From contig NC_043016.1 in NCBI RefSeq assembly GCF_006345805.1, positions 8,370,001-8,434,000 of the forward strand: a DNA stretch of 64,000 nt, written 5' to 3'. A program made the translations under genes and the position numbers. The DNA is from Octopus sinensis. Taxonomy: Eukaryota. This document shows positions 63,070 through 64,000 of this stretch, piece by piece. Position 1 is the first letter of the stretch. Each line of letters opens with the position of its first letter. A model generated the notes under the pieces. The model was not told the DNA's origin and made no database searches. It was given only the letters and a program-made list of their open reading frames with translations.

Positions 63070-63535
63070 TTAAGGCGGTGAGCTGGCAGAATCGTTAGCG
63101 TGCTCGATGAAATGCTTAGCGTTACTTCGTCTCTTGCTATGTTCTAAGTTCGGATTCCACTGTGGTTGACTTTGCCTTTCATTCTTTCGGGGTTGATAAA
63201 TTAAGTACCAGTTGCATACTGGGGTTGATCTAATTGACTGGCCCCCTCCTCTCAAATTTCTGGCCTTGTGCCTATAGTACAAAGGATTATTATTATTATC
63301 ATTATTATTATTATTAAGGCAGTGAGCTGGCAGAATCTGCAGGCACACTGGACGAAATGCTTAGCGATATTTCGCCTGTCGCTATGTTCTGAGTTCAAAT
63401 TCCGCCGAGGTCAACTTTTGTCTTTCATCTTTTCAAAGTCGATAAATTAAGTACCAGTGAAACATTGGGGTCAAGTAATTGACTAGTCCCCGCCACCAAA
63501 TTTCAGGCCTAGTGCTTATAGTAGAAAGGATTACT
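63070..63535 (+). mobile_element. Two consecutive SINE B' copies separated by (ATT)n
   Basis: Each has aaggcggtgagctggcagaatc...ttctgagttc...ggccttgtgcctatagtagaaagg. Confidence 0.75.
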
Positions 63536-63817
63536 ATTATATGTGAGTGTGTGTCACTGGCTGTTTGTGATCAAATCAAGCTATTCATTTAATATTATAA
63601 AGCTGAGGTAATTACACCTGTTCATTTTTACTATCTTTGCATTGTTTACTGCTGTCTTAAACAATTCAGCATTTTCATGAAAAATAATTAGATTTTAAAC
63701 ACGGGCCATTTAATTACATCAATTAATGCATACCACAGCGATGACTGTAGTGTTTAGTGGCCAGTGTGCACCAGTCCACCCACTGACCTGATTCTCTCAA
63801 CACAGTTTGATGTTACT

Positions 63818-64000
63818 CTTTTACTTGCTTCAGTCATTTGACTGCGGCCATACTGGAGCACCATCTTTAGTCGAGCAAATCAATCCCAGGGCTTATTCTT
63901 TGTAAGCCTAGTACTTATTCTATCGGTCCCTTTTTGCCGAACCGCTAAGTTACAGGGACGTAAACACACCAGCATCGGTTATCAAACGATGTTGGGGGGA
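63818..64000 (-). mobile_element. SINE family A 3' half (continues beyond the window)
   Basis: tcttttacttgcttcagtcatttgactgcggccat... Confidence 0.8.

Overview
AT-rich, extremely repeat-dense eukaryotic DNA, most likely intronic or intergenic. The SINE repertoire looks like an octopod cephalopod; this is my inference from pattern recognition, not a search result. I cannot support any intact protein-coding gene. Nearly all listed ORFs are translations of microsatellites or SINEs. The window is tiled by about five families of short non-autonomous retroelements (my labels A-E), microsatellites, mariner- and piggyBac-type MITEs/remnants, and decayed RTE and RLE-type LINE ends. It also holds a frameshifted Penelope-like element (RT + GIY-YIG, minus strand, ~30.9-33.6 kb). 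Main observations: (1) several hammerhead-ribozyme motifs tied to Penelope terminal repeats, including a 67-bp-arm palindrome at 33583-33720 with one near-canonical and one core-disrupted hammerhead head-to-head; (2) SINE family B repeatedly forms concatemers with one fixed junction (tail..GAAATA|GGTATTT), and one locus shows a young copy inserted into an older relative at that same site, suggesting self-targeted insertion or multimeric templates; (3) a composite ORF-less element (family C) with an internal ~61-bp hairpin-bearing VNTR; (4) weak, unproven minus-strand micro-exon candidates. Coordinates were read by eye and element ends are approximate.
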